DNA from: an uncultured Chitinophaga sp.
Lineage (GTDB): Bacteria > Bacteroidota > Bacteroidia > Chitinophagales > Chitinophagaceae
Reading direction: 5' to 3'
NCBI GenBank assembly: GCA_964634265.1
Contig: CAZWIM010000003.1
Location: 138,541 to 202,540, forward strand
Length of the DNA stretch: 64,000 nucleotides
The first letter of the stretch is position 1. Each line of letters starts with the position of its first letter. This document shows positions 1 through 9,085 of this stretch, piece after piece. The notes below the pieces were generated by a model that saw nothing but the letters and a program-made list of their open reading frames with translations, was not told where the DNA came from and made no database searches. The position numbers and the translations under genes were made by a program.

Positions 1-1086
1 GTTCAATGTTTCATTCACAGATTTTATACTTGTATCTCTTCCTACACTCATCCCGGGCCATAAATGTCTTTTCTTCGTATTTTCTGACTCCCACCATCCC
101 AATAATACCGGGAAGCTTGCAGTCTGCCGGTTGATGGGCCAATATAACTGCGGCGTGAAATAATCAATCCATCCTTTGTTCAGCCAAAGTTTTGCATCGG
201 CATACAATTGTTCATATTGATCGAACCCACTAACTGATTCAGGATAACCCGGCCGCCAGATTCCAAAGGGACTCAAACCAAATTTTACATGCGGCTTTGC
301 TGTTTTTATTTTTTTATACAAGTTTTCTATAAATACATTCACAGCTTCACGACGCCAGTCGCCTCTTGATAATTTACCGCCGCCTTTCACATAAGCATTC
401 CAGCTTACTGAATCGGGGAAATCCGCACCTAAGTTATAGGAAGGATAAGGGTAGAAGTAATCATCAAAATGAACGCCATCAATATCATACCTGTTAACAA
501 GATCCATCACAACAGCAGCAGAATGATCTTGTGTCCCTTTTTGTGCAGGATCCAGCCACCAGTATCCTTCTTTAAGATAAAGGGCCAGTTCAGGACGTTT
601 TTTTACAATGGAATTCTCGCTTATATCTTTACCGTCTTTGTGATGGGCCCTGTATGGATTCAGCCAAACATGCAGTTCGATTCCACGATTATGTGCCTCC
701 TCCACCCAAAATTCAAGCGGATCATAAAATGGCGATGGAGCCTGTCCTTGTTTGCCTGTCAGGTAATATGACCATGGTTCAAGTTCGCTTTTGTAAAGGG
801 CATCACATTGCGGCCTCACCTGCAGTATGGCTGCGTTGAAATGATGTTTTTGTAAGAAGTCAAGTAATTCTATTGCCTCTTTTTTTTGCTCTTCAGTACT
901 TAATCCCGGCTTACTGGGCCAGTTGATATTAGCTACGGTGGCAATCCAGGCAGCCCTGAATTCCTGTAAGACACTGCCTGGAGTCTTAGTGGTTGTGGTC
1001 GTAGCGGTTTTTTGTGTAGTGCTGCAGGCAACTATCAGAAACAAAATTGAACTGATTGCTGTCGTCCTAATGAAATGACGTATCAT
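1..1086 (-). CDS. Family-10-like glycosyl hydrolase (YddW/DigH-type) lipoprotein, truncated by window edge
   Basis: Manual translation from ATG 1086: MIRHFIRTTAISSILFLIVAC-STT...EFRAAWIATVANINWPSKPG...ILQVRPQCDALY...VHFDDYFYPY. Absent from the ORF track, presumably because it runs off the window. Confidence 0.85.
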   Translation of the reverse strand, partial: MIRHFIRTTAISSILFLIVACSTTQKTATTTTTKTPGSVLQEFRAAWIATVANINWPSKPGLSTEEQKKEAIELLDFLQKHHFNAAILQVRPQCDALYKSELEPWSYYLTGKQGQAPSPFYDPLEFWVEEAHNRGIELHVWLNPYRAHHKDGKDISENSIVKKRPELALYLKEGYWWLDPAQKGTQDHSAAVVMDLVNRYDIDGVHFDDYFYPYPSYNLGADFPDSVSWNAYVKGGGKLSRGDWRREAVNVFIENLYKKIKTAKPHVKFGLSPFGIWRPGYPESVSGFDQYEQLYADAKLWLNKGWIDYFTPQLYWPINRQTASFPVLLGWWESENTKKRHLWPGMSVGRDTSIKSVNETLN

Positions 1087-1144
1087 TTTCTTACTTTAAT
1101 ATGATGTAGTTGAATGTCCTTAAAAGTAAGGTAAAATGTCAGGA

Positions 1145-1822
1145 TTAATCCCTTAGGAGGTCAGGCCTTCTTTCTTTTGTTCTTTGCAATGCCTGTTCGT
1201 GGCGCCATTCGTCAATCAGTTTATGATTGCCACTCATCAATACATCCGGAACTTTCCATCCACGGAATTCCACAGGCCGGGTGTAAACCGGCGGAGCCAG
1301 CATGTTATCCTGGAATGAATCTGTCAGAGCAGAGGTTTCATCATTTAGAACACCCGGAATAAGCCGGCCTATTGCATCTACCAATAAAGCAGCAGGAATT
1401 TCGCCGCCGCTTAGTACAAAATCGCCAATGGAAATTTCCCTTGTTACATACTGTTGACGGATACGTTCGTCAATGCCTTTGTAATGACCGCATATGATCA
1501 GCAGGTTTTCTTTCAAAGAGAAAGCATTGGCCATTTTCTGGTTAAACGTTATCCCATCAGGAGTCATATAAATGATCTCATCGTATTTTCTGTTCAGTGA
1601 TAATTCATCAATAGCTTTTGCCAACGGTTCACACATCATTACCATACCTGCGCCACCGCCATATTGGTAATCATCCACCTGCCCATAATCGTTTACAGCC
1701 CATTTGCGTAGCTGGTGAACCTTGATTGTGAGCAGGTTCTTTTCCTGCGCCCTTTTCATCATGCTGTGGTGAAAAGGACTTTCCAGCAGTTCAGGAAGTA
1801 CAGTCAGAATATCGATGTGCAT
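1145..1822 (-). CDS. trmD: tRNA (guanine-N1)-methyltransferase
   Basis: Motifs VDDYQYGGGAGMVM, ICGHYKGIDER, SIGDFVLSGGE. Confidence 0.97.
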   Translation of the reverse strand: MHIDILTVLPELLESPFHHSMMKRAQEKNLLTIKVHQLRKWAVNDYGQVDDYQYGGGAGMVMMCEPLAKAIDELSLNRKYDEIIYMTPDGITFNQKMANAFSLKENLLIICGHYKGIDERIRQQYVTREISIGDFVLSGGEIPAALLVDAIGRLIPGVLNDETSALTDSFQDNMLAPPVYTRPVEFRGWKVPDVLMSGNHKLIDEWRHEQALQRTKERRPDLLRD

Positions 1823-1842
1823 GCGGCAAAGATAGGAACTGC

Positions 1843-2226
1843 TTAATTGCAGGAAACCTCCACAACGGAGCGGCTTTCATTCACCGCCCTGTCTTTGGCT
1901 ATTACCTGTATTTTATAATTGATGCCGGCAGAAGCGGTAATAGATTCATTAAAGCTGGTTGAATTTGACCCGGGATAAATATGTACATCCATAAGTAAGG
2001 TCCCTGTATTGCTATTGCTGACATGTATATGCACTTCTGCGATATACTCATTGTCAGTAATATTACCACTGATAGGTATGGACTGGCCTGCTGTGAATGA
2101 TAGCCCGTTAACAGGAGTATTGATGGTGATAACCGGAAAGACTTTATCTCTTTCACTCTCCTTATTCTTAGAACAAGAAACCACTAATGAAGTCATTATT
2201 ATTAAATGTGCATAGCAGGCTTTCAT
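1843..2226 (-). CDS. Hypothetical lipoprotein with Ig-like (Big/DUF4625-like) domain
   Basis: Lipobox LVVSC; 'PVITINTP...F..G..I.ISG.ITDN' beta-sandwich pattern. Confidence 0.7.
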   Translation of the reverse strand: MKACYAHLIIMTSLVVSCSKNKESERDKVFPVITINTPVNGLSFTAGQSIPISGNITDNEYIAEVHIHVSNSNTGTLLMDVHIYPGSNSTSFNESITASAGINYKIQVIAKDRAVNESRSVVEVSCN

Positions 2227-2240
2227 GCTACAAAATTAAA

Positions 2241-2269
2241 CAAAAAGAAACCCCCGGAGAACCGGGGGT
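2241..2269 (-). terminator. Intrinsic terminator of the candidate sRNA
   Basis: Minus strand ACCCCCGG-TTCT-CCGGGGGT followed by TTCTTTTTG. Confidence 0.85.
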
Positions 2270-2340
2270 CGTGTAGAAACAAAAACCAACAATAACTCAT
2301 TTTCATGAGTTACATAAGTGTATGTAATACTTTCACCTGG
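2241..2340 (-). ncRNA. Candidate low-oxygen-induced small RNA (~100 nt)
   Basis: Perfect -7 TAGCTTTG (2351->2344) preceded by tandem FNR-like boxes; two hairpins (2310-2327; 2293-2312 with GAAA loop on the minus strand); GC-rich terminator 2250-2269 with U-tract. Confidence 0.6.
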
Positions 2341-2343
2341 AAA

Positions 2344-2409
2344 CAAAGCTAATATTGGGGATTTCAGAAAAAACTGATTATTATCAATTAATTTATTGAT
2401 TGCTGTCAG
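2344..2409 (-). promoter_or_regulatory. Tandem FNR-like boxes plus -7 element (sRNA promoter)
   Basis: CTGAT-TATT-ATCAA 2374-2387 and TTGAT-TGCT-GTCAG 2396-2409 (22 bp apart); TAGCTTTG 2351->2344. Confidence 0.8.
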
Positions 2410-2479
2410 GTTAGAAGCACAAGAAAAATTAGTAAGCGGATTGTCCCGAACTTTAATTCCGCAAAGATGTTACCTGAAT

Positions 2480-2701
2480 ATGAAAAAAGCTGAATTGATA
2501 CCTGTTCTGATTGTAAGCAGTTTACTTCTTTTTTATGTTGTGCTGGCTTTTTTGGATAAGGCTTCGGGTTTTACATCCTTTATTTTTTCATTCTCACCAT
2601 TTTTGGTGATTTGGCTGGTATATTCTGTAATCCGTCATGGCGAATATAAAGGAAAGGAGCTAAAATCTGATGAAGAGTTCGGGTATACAGATAAACTATG
2701 A
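2480..2701 (+). CDS. Small two-TM hypothetical membrane protein
   Basis: ORF 2396..2701, with the likely start at ATG 2480 (MKKAELIP); two hydrophobic segments and a charged tail EEFGYTD. Confidence 0.7.
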   Translation: MKKAELIPVLIVSSLLLFYVVLAFLDKASGFTSFIFSFSPFLVIWLVYSVIRHGEYKGKELKSDEEFGYTDKL

Positions 2702-3415
2702 TCAGGGATGACAGACGACCGCTTCCCCGGGTGACTGAGGTAATTCGGGGCTGATAAAAGGTATTCCGAGGTTTAATCCACGCATTATGAGTATTAGTCC
2801 CATAGCCACTACAAAATAAGGGACAGCTTTTCTCAATAATTCTCTTGTTTCCAGCTTCAGCTTTTGCCCTGCATAGGCTACCAGCATCATGGCAGGCAGA
2901 GTACCCAGGCCAAACATGGCCATAAAGCCAATGCTGTGATAGACTTCGGTAAAGGACAGGGTAGCTGCAACAGCTACATATACTAGTCCACAGGGTAATA
3001 ACCCATTGGCAAGCCCCATTAAGAGAAAACTGAAAGGACTGCCGGCATTTTTTAAGATTTTACCAATCATTTTTTGTATTGAAGCATAAAACCTGTTCAG
3101 TAAACTTAGATGAACAGTATACCGGCTAAAAAAGTATAATGCTGCAAGTAACAGGACTATTATTCCCAACCCGATAGAAAACCATTGCTGATAACCAGAG
3201 ATATAAATTCTTCTGCCGGCAAGGCCAAATACCAGTCCGATCAGGGAATAAGTAATGACCCTGCCAAACTGGTAGATTAATAGCGAGAAAAATTTTTGTG
3301 GTTTTGAAAAATGATTTACCGGTAATGCCAGGCTAAGCGGGCCGCACATGCCCACACAATGCAGGCTGCCTGCTGCACCCAATGTAAATCCTGATATTAA
3401 TACCGGCCATAGCAT
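2702..3415 (-). CDS. cbb3 assembly-associated membrane protein (DsbD_2 / TauE-SafE-like)
   Basis: GSLHCVGMCGP and NGLLPCGLVY motifs; last gene of the cco operon. Confidence 0.88.
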   Translation of the reverse strand: MLWPVLISGFTLGAAGSLHCVGMCGPLSLALPVNHFSKPQKFFSLLIYQFGRVITYSLIGLVFGLAGRRIYISGYQQWFSIGLGIIVLLLAALYFFSRYTVHLSLLNRFYASIQKMIGKILKNAGSPFSFLLMGLANGLLPCGLVYVAVAATLSFTEVYHSIGFMAMFGLGTLPAMMLVAYAGQKLKLETRELLRKAVPYFVVAMGLILIMRGLNLGIPFISPELPQSPGEAVVCHP

Positions 3416-3852
3416 TATAAAACGGTCAGGCTTTTTTCTGAATAATATGTTTTACCATCTTGTGCCCAGCTGATCTTTACTGTATAGTTACCTGAAGCAA
3501 TTTCGGTTAAAGGGAATTGCTGCTGGCCATTTTCATTTACCTGTAAGGTGAATTTTTTGTCTTTTTTCTTGTCGTAGGCGCAATAGAATAAAACATCACC
3601 AGTGATACTCTTGTTCTTCATTTCTTCAGGAAGTTGCAGCATGACGCCATTTTCAGATTGCACCAGCGTTACGGATGAGCCGAGCTCATTTGTCCGGTTG
3701 GAGGCATCAATCACCTGCTGGTAGCGTAGTTCGCTTTTGTAATAATCTTTTTCTACCAGCTCAAAATTTGTACTCATTGAACGATAGACCAGGTAGCCCA
3801 TGCCCAGGCCGAAAACGATGAATGTAACCAGTAATTTGTTGCCCCAGTTCAT
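3415..3852 (-). CDS. ccoH: FixH/CcoH family protein
   Basis: MNWG..., N-terminal TM, 'LVEKDYYKSELRYQ' motif; position in the cco operon. Confidence 0.85.
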   Translation of the reverse strand: MNWGNKLLVTFIVFGLGMGYLVYRSMSTNFELVEKDYYKSELRYQQVIDASNRTNELGSSVTLVQSENGVMLQLPEEMKNKSITGDVLFYCAYDKKKDKKFTLQVNENGQQQFPLTEIASGNYTVKISWAQDGKTYYSEKSLTVL

Positions 3853-3873
3853 AATGTTGTATTGTTGGTTTTA

Positions 3874-5319
3874 TTATAGCTTACTAAAAGGTCCCATAAA
3901 GTTAGTGCTGATAGAAGTTACTTTTTTGTCACCTTCATACAGACCTATTTTCAACCTTAATTTCCTCTTGTCGATAACATTTCTAGGCAGCACTATGAAA
4001 AATGAACCCGACGCCTGGTCTTCTTCTTTCAGCAGTATATTCTCAGTACCTATCAATTGAACATGCCCGGTTTTTCCGAAGTCTCCTTCCAGTTTTAATG
4101 TAACGGGTATATTTTTTATGGTCTTGTTGATGATCTTAATGTTATACAGGTTAGAAATGCTGTCGGCGCCTCTTTCCTGGTAGAGCTGCCCTCTTGTCCG
4201 GACAATAGTACCATCAATATCTTTTCGGCTTAGCAGCAGAGCAGAAAGTAATCCCGTAAGCACAATCAGAATAATAGTGTAAAATTTCATTCTGCCGGTA
4301 TACCGGAGTTTTTTTCCTTCCGCAATACCGTTTTCAGATGCATATCTTATAAGGCCCCTCGGTCTGTCTACTGCATCCATCATCTTGTCGCAGGCATCAA
4401 TACAAGCAGTGCAGCCTACGCATTCCATTTGTGTGCCATTACGGATGTCGATACCGGTTGGGCAGACTTTTACGCATTGAAAACAATCAATACAATCACC
4501 CGTATTCAATTCAGCTGCCTGCCCTTTTTTATATTTACCCCTGGGTTCGCCCCGTTTATAATCGTAAGCTACGATCATTGAGTTTCTGTCAAGAAGTACA
4601 CCCTGCAATCGGCCGTAAGGACAAACAACGGTGCAAACCTGTTCTCTGAAAAAAGCATAAACTCCGTAAAAAACAGCAGAAAAAATCAATATGGCCATGA
4701 AGCCAACAAAATGCTCACTTACCGGTTCGCTGATTATCTTCAGCAACTGATCCATCCCAATGATGTAAGCAAGGAAAAAGTTGGCGATGATGAAAGCAAG
4801 CAGGTAAAAGACAATATGTTTTGTTACTTTTTTCCTGATCTTCTCAGCAGTCCACGGCGATTTGTTAAGAATTTTTTGTTTGGCTGCATCACCCTCAATC
4901 AGGTATTCCATTTTACGGAACAGCATTTCCATAAAAATAGTTTGCGGACAGACCCATCCGCAAAACAACCTTCCGAATGCTGCTGTAAAAAGTACAATGA
5001 AGATAATGAAGGTTACCATCGTCAGCCCGAAGATGAAAAAATCTTGGGGCCAGAAAATTTTTCCAAAAATGATAAACTTGGCTTCAGGGATATTGAAAAG
5101 GAATAGTGGTCTTCCGTTCAATTCAATAAAGGGAAGCGCAAAGAACAATGCAAAGAAGCCCCAGCTAACCCAGGTACGGATATTGTAAAATTTACCCTTT
5201 GGTTTTTGGGCAAAGACCCATTTTCGTTTTCCTTTTTCATCAACCGTTGCTATCCTGTCCCTGAAGGACTCACCGGTTGAATTCTCATTCTCTAAATTGT
5301 TCTTTGCCTGATTTTCCAT
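3874..5319 (-). CDS. ccoG: Cytochrome c oxidase accessory 4Fe-4S protein
   Basis: FGRLFCGWVCPQT, CTVVCPYGRLQ, CIDCFQCVKVCP, CVGCTACIDAC. Confidence 0.95.
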   Translation of the reverse strand: MENQAKNNLENENSTGESFRDRIATVDEKGKRKWVFAQKPKGKFYNIRTWVSWGFFALFFALPFIELNGRPLFLFNIPEAKFIIFGKIFWPQDFFIFGLTMVTFIIFIVLFTAAFGRLFCGWVCPQTIFMEMLFRKMEYLIEGDAAKQKILNKSPWTAEKIRKKVTKHIVFYLLAFIIANFFLAYIIGMDQLLKIISEPVSEHFVGFMAILIFSAVFYGVYAFFREQVCTVVCPYGRLQGVLLDRNSMIVAYDYKRGEPRGKYKKGQAAELNTGDCIDCFQCVKVCPTGIDIRNGTQMECVGCTACIDACDKMMDAVDRPRGLIRYASENGIAEGKKLRYTGRMKFYTIILIVLTGLLSALLLSRKDIDGTIVRTRGQLYQERGADSISNLYNIKIINKTIKNIPVTLKLEGDFGKTGHVQLIGTENILLKEEDQASGSFFIVLPRNVIDKRKLRLKIGLYEGDKKVTSISTNFMGPFSKL

Positions 5320-5328
5320 TTTGCTCTC

Positions 5329-6513
5329 TTATTTCATCGTCACTGAATTATTCTTATTGACACTTGAGTCTGCAGCAGGTTTTGCTGGCACAGCTTCCTC
5401 TTCTTTATACAATTCACCTTGTGGCTCTTTCGCATTTGCCGGTTTGGTACCTCTTAATGATTTAATAAAGCTGGCTACCTGTGCGATCTGTTTAGGTGAT
5501 AAATCATCTTTCCAGCTCTTCATACCATTCTTAGCTCCGTATTTAATTGTTTTAAACAGATCTTTAATATTACCACCATAGATCCAATAATCATCTGTTA
5601 GATTTGGTCCAATGGCATTTCCACCGCCTTCAGGTCCATGACAAGCAACACATTTAGACGGATCAGTAAAGATTGCTTTTCCTGCAGCCAGGTCATCTGC
5701 ACTGGTCAGTAGTTTTACAGTGTTCTCGTCTACAGCGTCTCCCTTTTTCTTCATGTATTCCTTTATCCTTGCTTCTGCTTTTGCTACTGATCTTTCATAT
5801 TCTTCTTTACTGGAAGGTGCGGTGTGTGATACATGGTAACGCCACAGGTAAATACCTGCAAAAATGATGGTGAAATAAAAGCCATATAACCACCATGGCG
5901 GAAGCCGGTTATTCAGTTCTCGGATACCATCATAATCATGGCCAAGATCCAGGTCTGCTTCTTCGCTAACGGGTTTCAGTTTATTGAACCTGTCCCACCA
6001 ACTGAGTTTATTTCTTTTGACTTCTGCAATCTGTTCAGGAGTTGCGGTCTCTGTAACAAATTTTTCTTTCTCAGTTTTAAGAAGAAATTTGATATTTAGC
6101 AGCAGCCCGATTATGATCATCAATTCAATAAAAAGCACACCTGCCATGATGTAAAATGTACCGGCTGACATACCAGCTATTGTTTTAGCGGCAGTAGAAG
6201 TGGTTTCAGGAGTTGTACCCTGGGCAAAAACACTTGTGCCACCCAAGAGAAAAAATATTACCAGCACAGCAGCAACCGACTGGCCTTTTTCCATCGCTTT
6301 CTTCTTTTTGAGTTTTACATCTGCCGCACCAATCAGGATATTGGCAAGGATGCCGATTACAATTAAAAGCAGCAACATCAATGTTACCAGCATGATGATC
6401 ATTGGATTGCTGAAAGGTGATGGTGCCGGAGGTCCTGCAGCCCAAACGGGTTGCGCAGCCCAGAGCAATAGCCCTGAGAAAAGACCGAATATGTATTTTA
6501 AATTCTTTCGCAT
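5329..6513 (-). CDS. ccoP: cbb3-type oxidase subunit III (monoheme, N-terminally extended)
   Basis: HDYDGIRELNNRLPPWW, CVACHG, GPNLTDDYWIYGG, GMKSW. Confidence 0.93.
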   Translation of the reverse strand: MRKNLKYIFGLFSGLLLWAAQPVWAAGPPAPSPFSNPMIIMLVTLMLLLLIVIGILANILIGAADVKLKKKKAMEKGQSVAAVLVIFFLLGGTSVFAQGTTPETTSTAAKTIAGMSAGTFYIMAGVLFIELMIIIGLLLNIKFLLKTEKEKFVTETATPEQIAEVKRNKLSWWDRFNKLKPVSEEADLDLGHDYDGIRELNNRLPPWWLYGFYFTIIFAGIYLWRYHVSHTAPSSKEEYERSVAKAEARIKEYMKKKGDAVDENTVKLLTSADDLAAGKAIFTDPSKCVACHGPEGGGNAIGPNLTDDYWIYGGNIKDLFKTIKYGAKNGMKSWKDDLSPKQIAQVASFIKSLRGTKPANAKEPQGELYKEEEAVPAKPAADSSVNKNNSVTMK

Positions 6514-6543
6514 AATTATAAGCTTATTGGTTAGTTTAATTGC

Positions 6544-6705
6544 TTAGTTGTCTAATGGAATACGGCTTATTTCCTGTAATTCTTTCTTTTTGGTTCTGAA
6601 AACCATCATTAACATCACCGAAAAGAAGATGACAAATATTAATAAGGACGCCAGTCCCATTATTTCCACACCGCTTACTTTTTCTAAATAATTAATGAAT
6701 TTCAT
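6544..6705 (-). CDS. ccoQ: cbb3-type oxidase subunit IV
   Basis: Manual translation (below ORF-track cutoff): MKFINYLEKVSGVEIMGLASLLIFVIFFSVMLMMVFRTKKKELQEISRIPLDN, lying between ccoNO and ccoP. Confidence 0.88.
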   Translation of the reverse strand: MKFINYLEKVSGVEIMGLASLLIFVIFFSVMLMMVFRTKKKELQEISRIPLDN

Positions 6706-6715
6706 GATTCAGATT

Positions 6716-8857
6716 TTATTTGTTTTCAGCAATGGGTTTTTTAGCTTCTCCCTGTATATCCCGGCCTAAACGCTGCAGGTAAGCAATAAGTGCTATCACT
6801 TCAACATTGGAAGCTGTTTCGATCTTATCTTTTTTCAGATTGGCAGCAATTGAATCAGCCTGGTGCATCAGGTCACGGTTGGCAATTTTATCATAGCCAT
6901 CCGGGTAAGGTACACCCAGTGTCTTCATCGCCCTGATCTTTGCAGGAGTAGAACCTGTGTCAATTTTATTATCCAGCAACCAAATATATCTCGGCATTAA
7001 TGAGCCGGGTGATGTAAGTCTTGGGTCATACATGTGAGTGTAATGCCAGGAGTCAGGTCTTTTGTTTTTATCGTGTCCTTCTCTTGCCAGGTCCGGACCG
7101 GTACGTTTACTTCCCCACTGGAACGGATGATCATAAACAAACTCACCGGCCTTGGAATATTCACCATACCTGGCCACTTCATCACGGAACGGACGGATCA
7201 TTTGAGAGTGGCAGGTATAACAGCCTTCTCTCACATAAATATCCCTGCCCTGTAGTTCAAGTGGTGTGTAAGGCTTCACACTGGCAATGGTCGGAACATT
7301 TGATTTTACCAGGAATGTCGGGATCATCTGTACAAGGCCACCTATTGCCACAAGGATTAAACTCAATACCAGCATAGTAACAGGTTTTCTTTCAATAACC
7401 CTGTGCCAGTATTCTTTTTTAGCATGTTCTCCCTTCACCAATGGTGCTGCTTCAGCAGCTTCGTTTGCAATAAACTTACCGGCAACGATCGTTTTATAAA
7501 GATTATAAACCATCATTAATGCACCGATGAGGTATAAAGAACCACCCACACTGCGGGCAATATACATGGGCTTGATATTGGTCACAGTTTGCAGGAAGTC
7601 ATATTTAATCTGACCTTCCGGTGTAAATTGTTTCCACATCAGGCTCTGTTCAAAACCAGCCCAATACAGGGGGACAGCATATAAAATGATACCAATGGTA
7701 CCCAGCCAGAAGTGGTTAGTAGCCAACTTCTTTGAATATAGATTGGTACCCCACATTTTAGGGATCATATAATAAAGGATCGCAAATGCAAGGAAGCCAT
7801 TCCAGCCTAATCCACCGATATGTACGTGGGCTATTGTCCAGTCACTGAAGTGAGAGATGGCATTTACATTTTTCAAACTCAGCATCGGGCCTTCAAAGGT
7901 GCTCATACCATAACAGGTAATAGCCACTACCATGAATTTCAGAACAGGATCTTCCCTGACCTTATCCCATGCTCCCCGTAAAGTGAATAAGCCATTCAGC
8001 ATACCGCCCCAGCTTGGTGCTATAAGCATGACGGAGAATACAACACCCAGTGATTGTGCCCAGTCAGGCAAAGCTGTATATAAAAGGTGGTGAGGGCCGG
8101 CCCAGATATAAATAAATATCAATGCCCAGAAGTGAATAATAGAAAGTCTGTAAGAATATACCGGCCTGTTAGCTGCTTTGGGTAGGAAATAATACATAAG
8201 TCCCAATACAGGTGTGGTAAGGAAGAAGGCTACGGCATTATGTCCGTACCACCATTGTACCAACGCATCCTGTACACCGGCATACCAGCTATAGCTTTTC
8301 AATGCTGAAACTGGTATTTCAATGGAGTTAACTATGTGCAGCATAGCCACAGTAACCCAGGTAGCTATGTAGAACCAGATGGCCACATACAGGTGACGTT
8401 CTCTTCTTTTAATAATGGTACCAAACATGTTGATACCAAAAATTACCCATACCAGGGTGATAGCGATATCAATTGGCCATTCCAGTTCGGCGTATTCTTT
8501 ACCGGTTGTTTTACCCATCAGCAGAGTTATGGCTGCTGCTGCAATAATGAGCTGCCAGCCCCAGAAATGAACCCAGCTTAGCTTATCACTGAACATTCTG
8601 GCTTTACAGAGACGTTGTAAAGAATAATAAATACCGGCAAACGATGCATTACCTACAAAGGCAAAGATGATGGCGTTGGTATGCAACGGACGGAGGCGTC
8701 CGAAGGTGGTAGCGGCAAGGTTAAGGCTGCTTTCCGGATAATAGATCTGTATAGCAGCCCATAAGCCGGCCAGCATACCTACAATACCGAATAAGATCGT
8801 GGCCAAACCAAAGGCTTTAACGATCTTATTGTCATAATAAAACTTTTCTACTTGCAT
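6716..8857 (-). CDS. ccoNO: Fused cbb3-type oxidase subunits I/II (CcoN-CcoO)
   Basis: RPLHTN, QWWYGHNAVAF, WAGPHH, AHVH, then EGCYTCHSQMIRP and WGSKRTGPDL. Confidence 0.97.
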   Translation of the reverse strand: MQVEKFYYDNKIVKAFGLATILFGIVGMLAGLWAAIQIYYPESSLNLAATTFGRLRPLHTNAIIFAFVGNASFAGIYYSLQRLCKARMFSDKLSWVHFWGWQLIIAAAAITLLMGKTTGKEYAELEWPIDIAITLVWVIFGINMFGTIIKRRERHLYVAIWFYIATWVTVAMLHIVNSIEIPVSALKSYSWYAGVQDALVQWWYGHNAVAFFLTTPVLGLMYYFLPKAANRPVYSYRLSIIHFWALIFIYIWAGPHHLLYTALPDWAQSLGVVFSVMLIAPSWGGMLNGLFTLRGAWDKVREDPVLKFMVVAITCYGMSTFEGPMLSLKNVNAISHFSDWTIAHVHIGGLGWNGFLAFAILYYMIPKMWGTNLYSKKLATNHFWLGTIGIILYAVPLYWAGFEQSLMWKQFTPEGQIKYDFLQTVTNIKPMYIARSVGGSLYLIGALMMVYNLYKTIVAGKFIANEAAEAAPLVKGEHAKKEYWHRVIERKPVTMLVLSLILVAIGGLVQMIPTFLVKSNVPTIASVKPYTPLELQGRDIYVREGCYTCHSQMIRPFRDEVARYGEYSKAGEFVYDHPFQWGSKRTGPDLAREGHDKNKRPDSWHYTHMYDPRLTSPGSLMPRYIWLLDNKIDTGSTPAKIRAMKTLGVPYPDGYDKIANRDLMHQADSIAANLKKDKIETASNVEVIALIAYLQRLGRDIQGEAKKPIAENK

Positions 8858-8877
8858 AAGCTGGGTTGTTTTTAGAT

Positions 8878-9048
8878 TTATTGTGATTGCGTTTTGGTTT
8901 TACTCGCAGGTTTATCATCAAACAGGATGCGGGAGGCAGGAGAGTAATCATCTTCAAACTGGCCACTGCGAACACCCCAAAGAAAGGCAGCCAAAAAAAG
9001 GCCGGCAACGGATATGCTGGCAATAAGAAGTATTAGTATCACACTCAT
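8878..9048 (-). CDS. ccoS: cbb3 oxidase assembly protein
   Basis: MSVILILLIASISVAGLFLAAFLWGVRSGQFED; likely start 9048. Confidence 0.92.
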   Translation of the reverse strand: MSVILILLIASISVAGLFLAAFLWGVRSGQFEDDYSPASRILFDDKPASKTKTQSQ

Positions 9049-9085
9049 GTCCTGTTTTTTTGTCACCGGCAGCTGCCGGGATTTG

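Noticed and set aside
1121-1186. GTCAG half site at the expected offset from a -7 variant upstream of the glycosyl hydrolase gene
   Set aside because: The left half is absent, there is no second box, and it lies inside trmD.
2223-2306. 27-aa minus-strand ORF (MKMSYCWFLFLHDPRFSGGFFLFNFVA) whose stop overlaps the ATG of the 2226 gene
   Set aside because: It reads through a strong terminator, its start is buried in a hairpin, and the downstream gene has its own -7 element. It remains the alternative (leader-peptide) reading if the sRNA model fails.
6716-8857. CcoN-CcoO fusion
   Set aside because: A well-known Bacteroidota arrangement, and all catalytic His residues are canonical.
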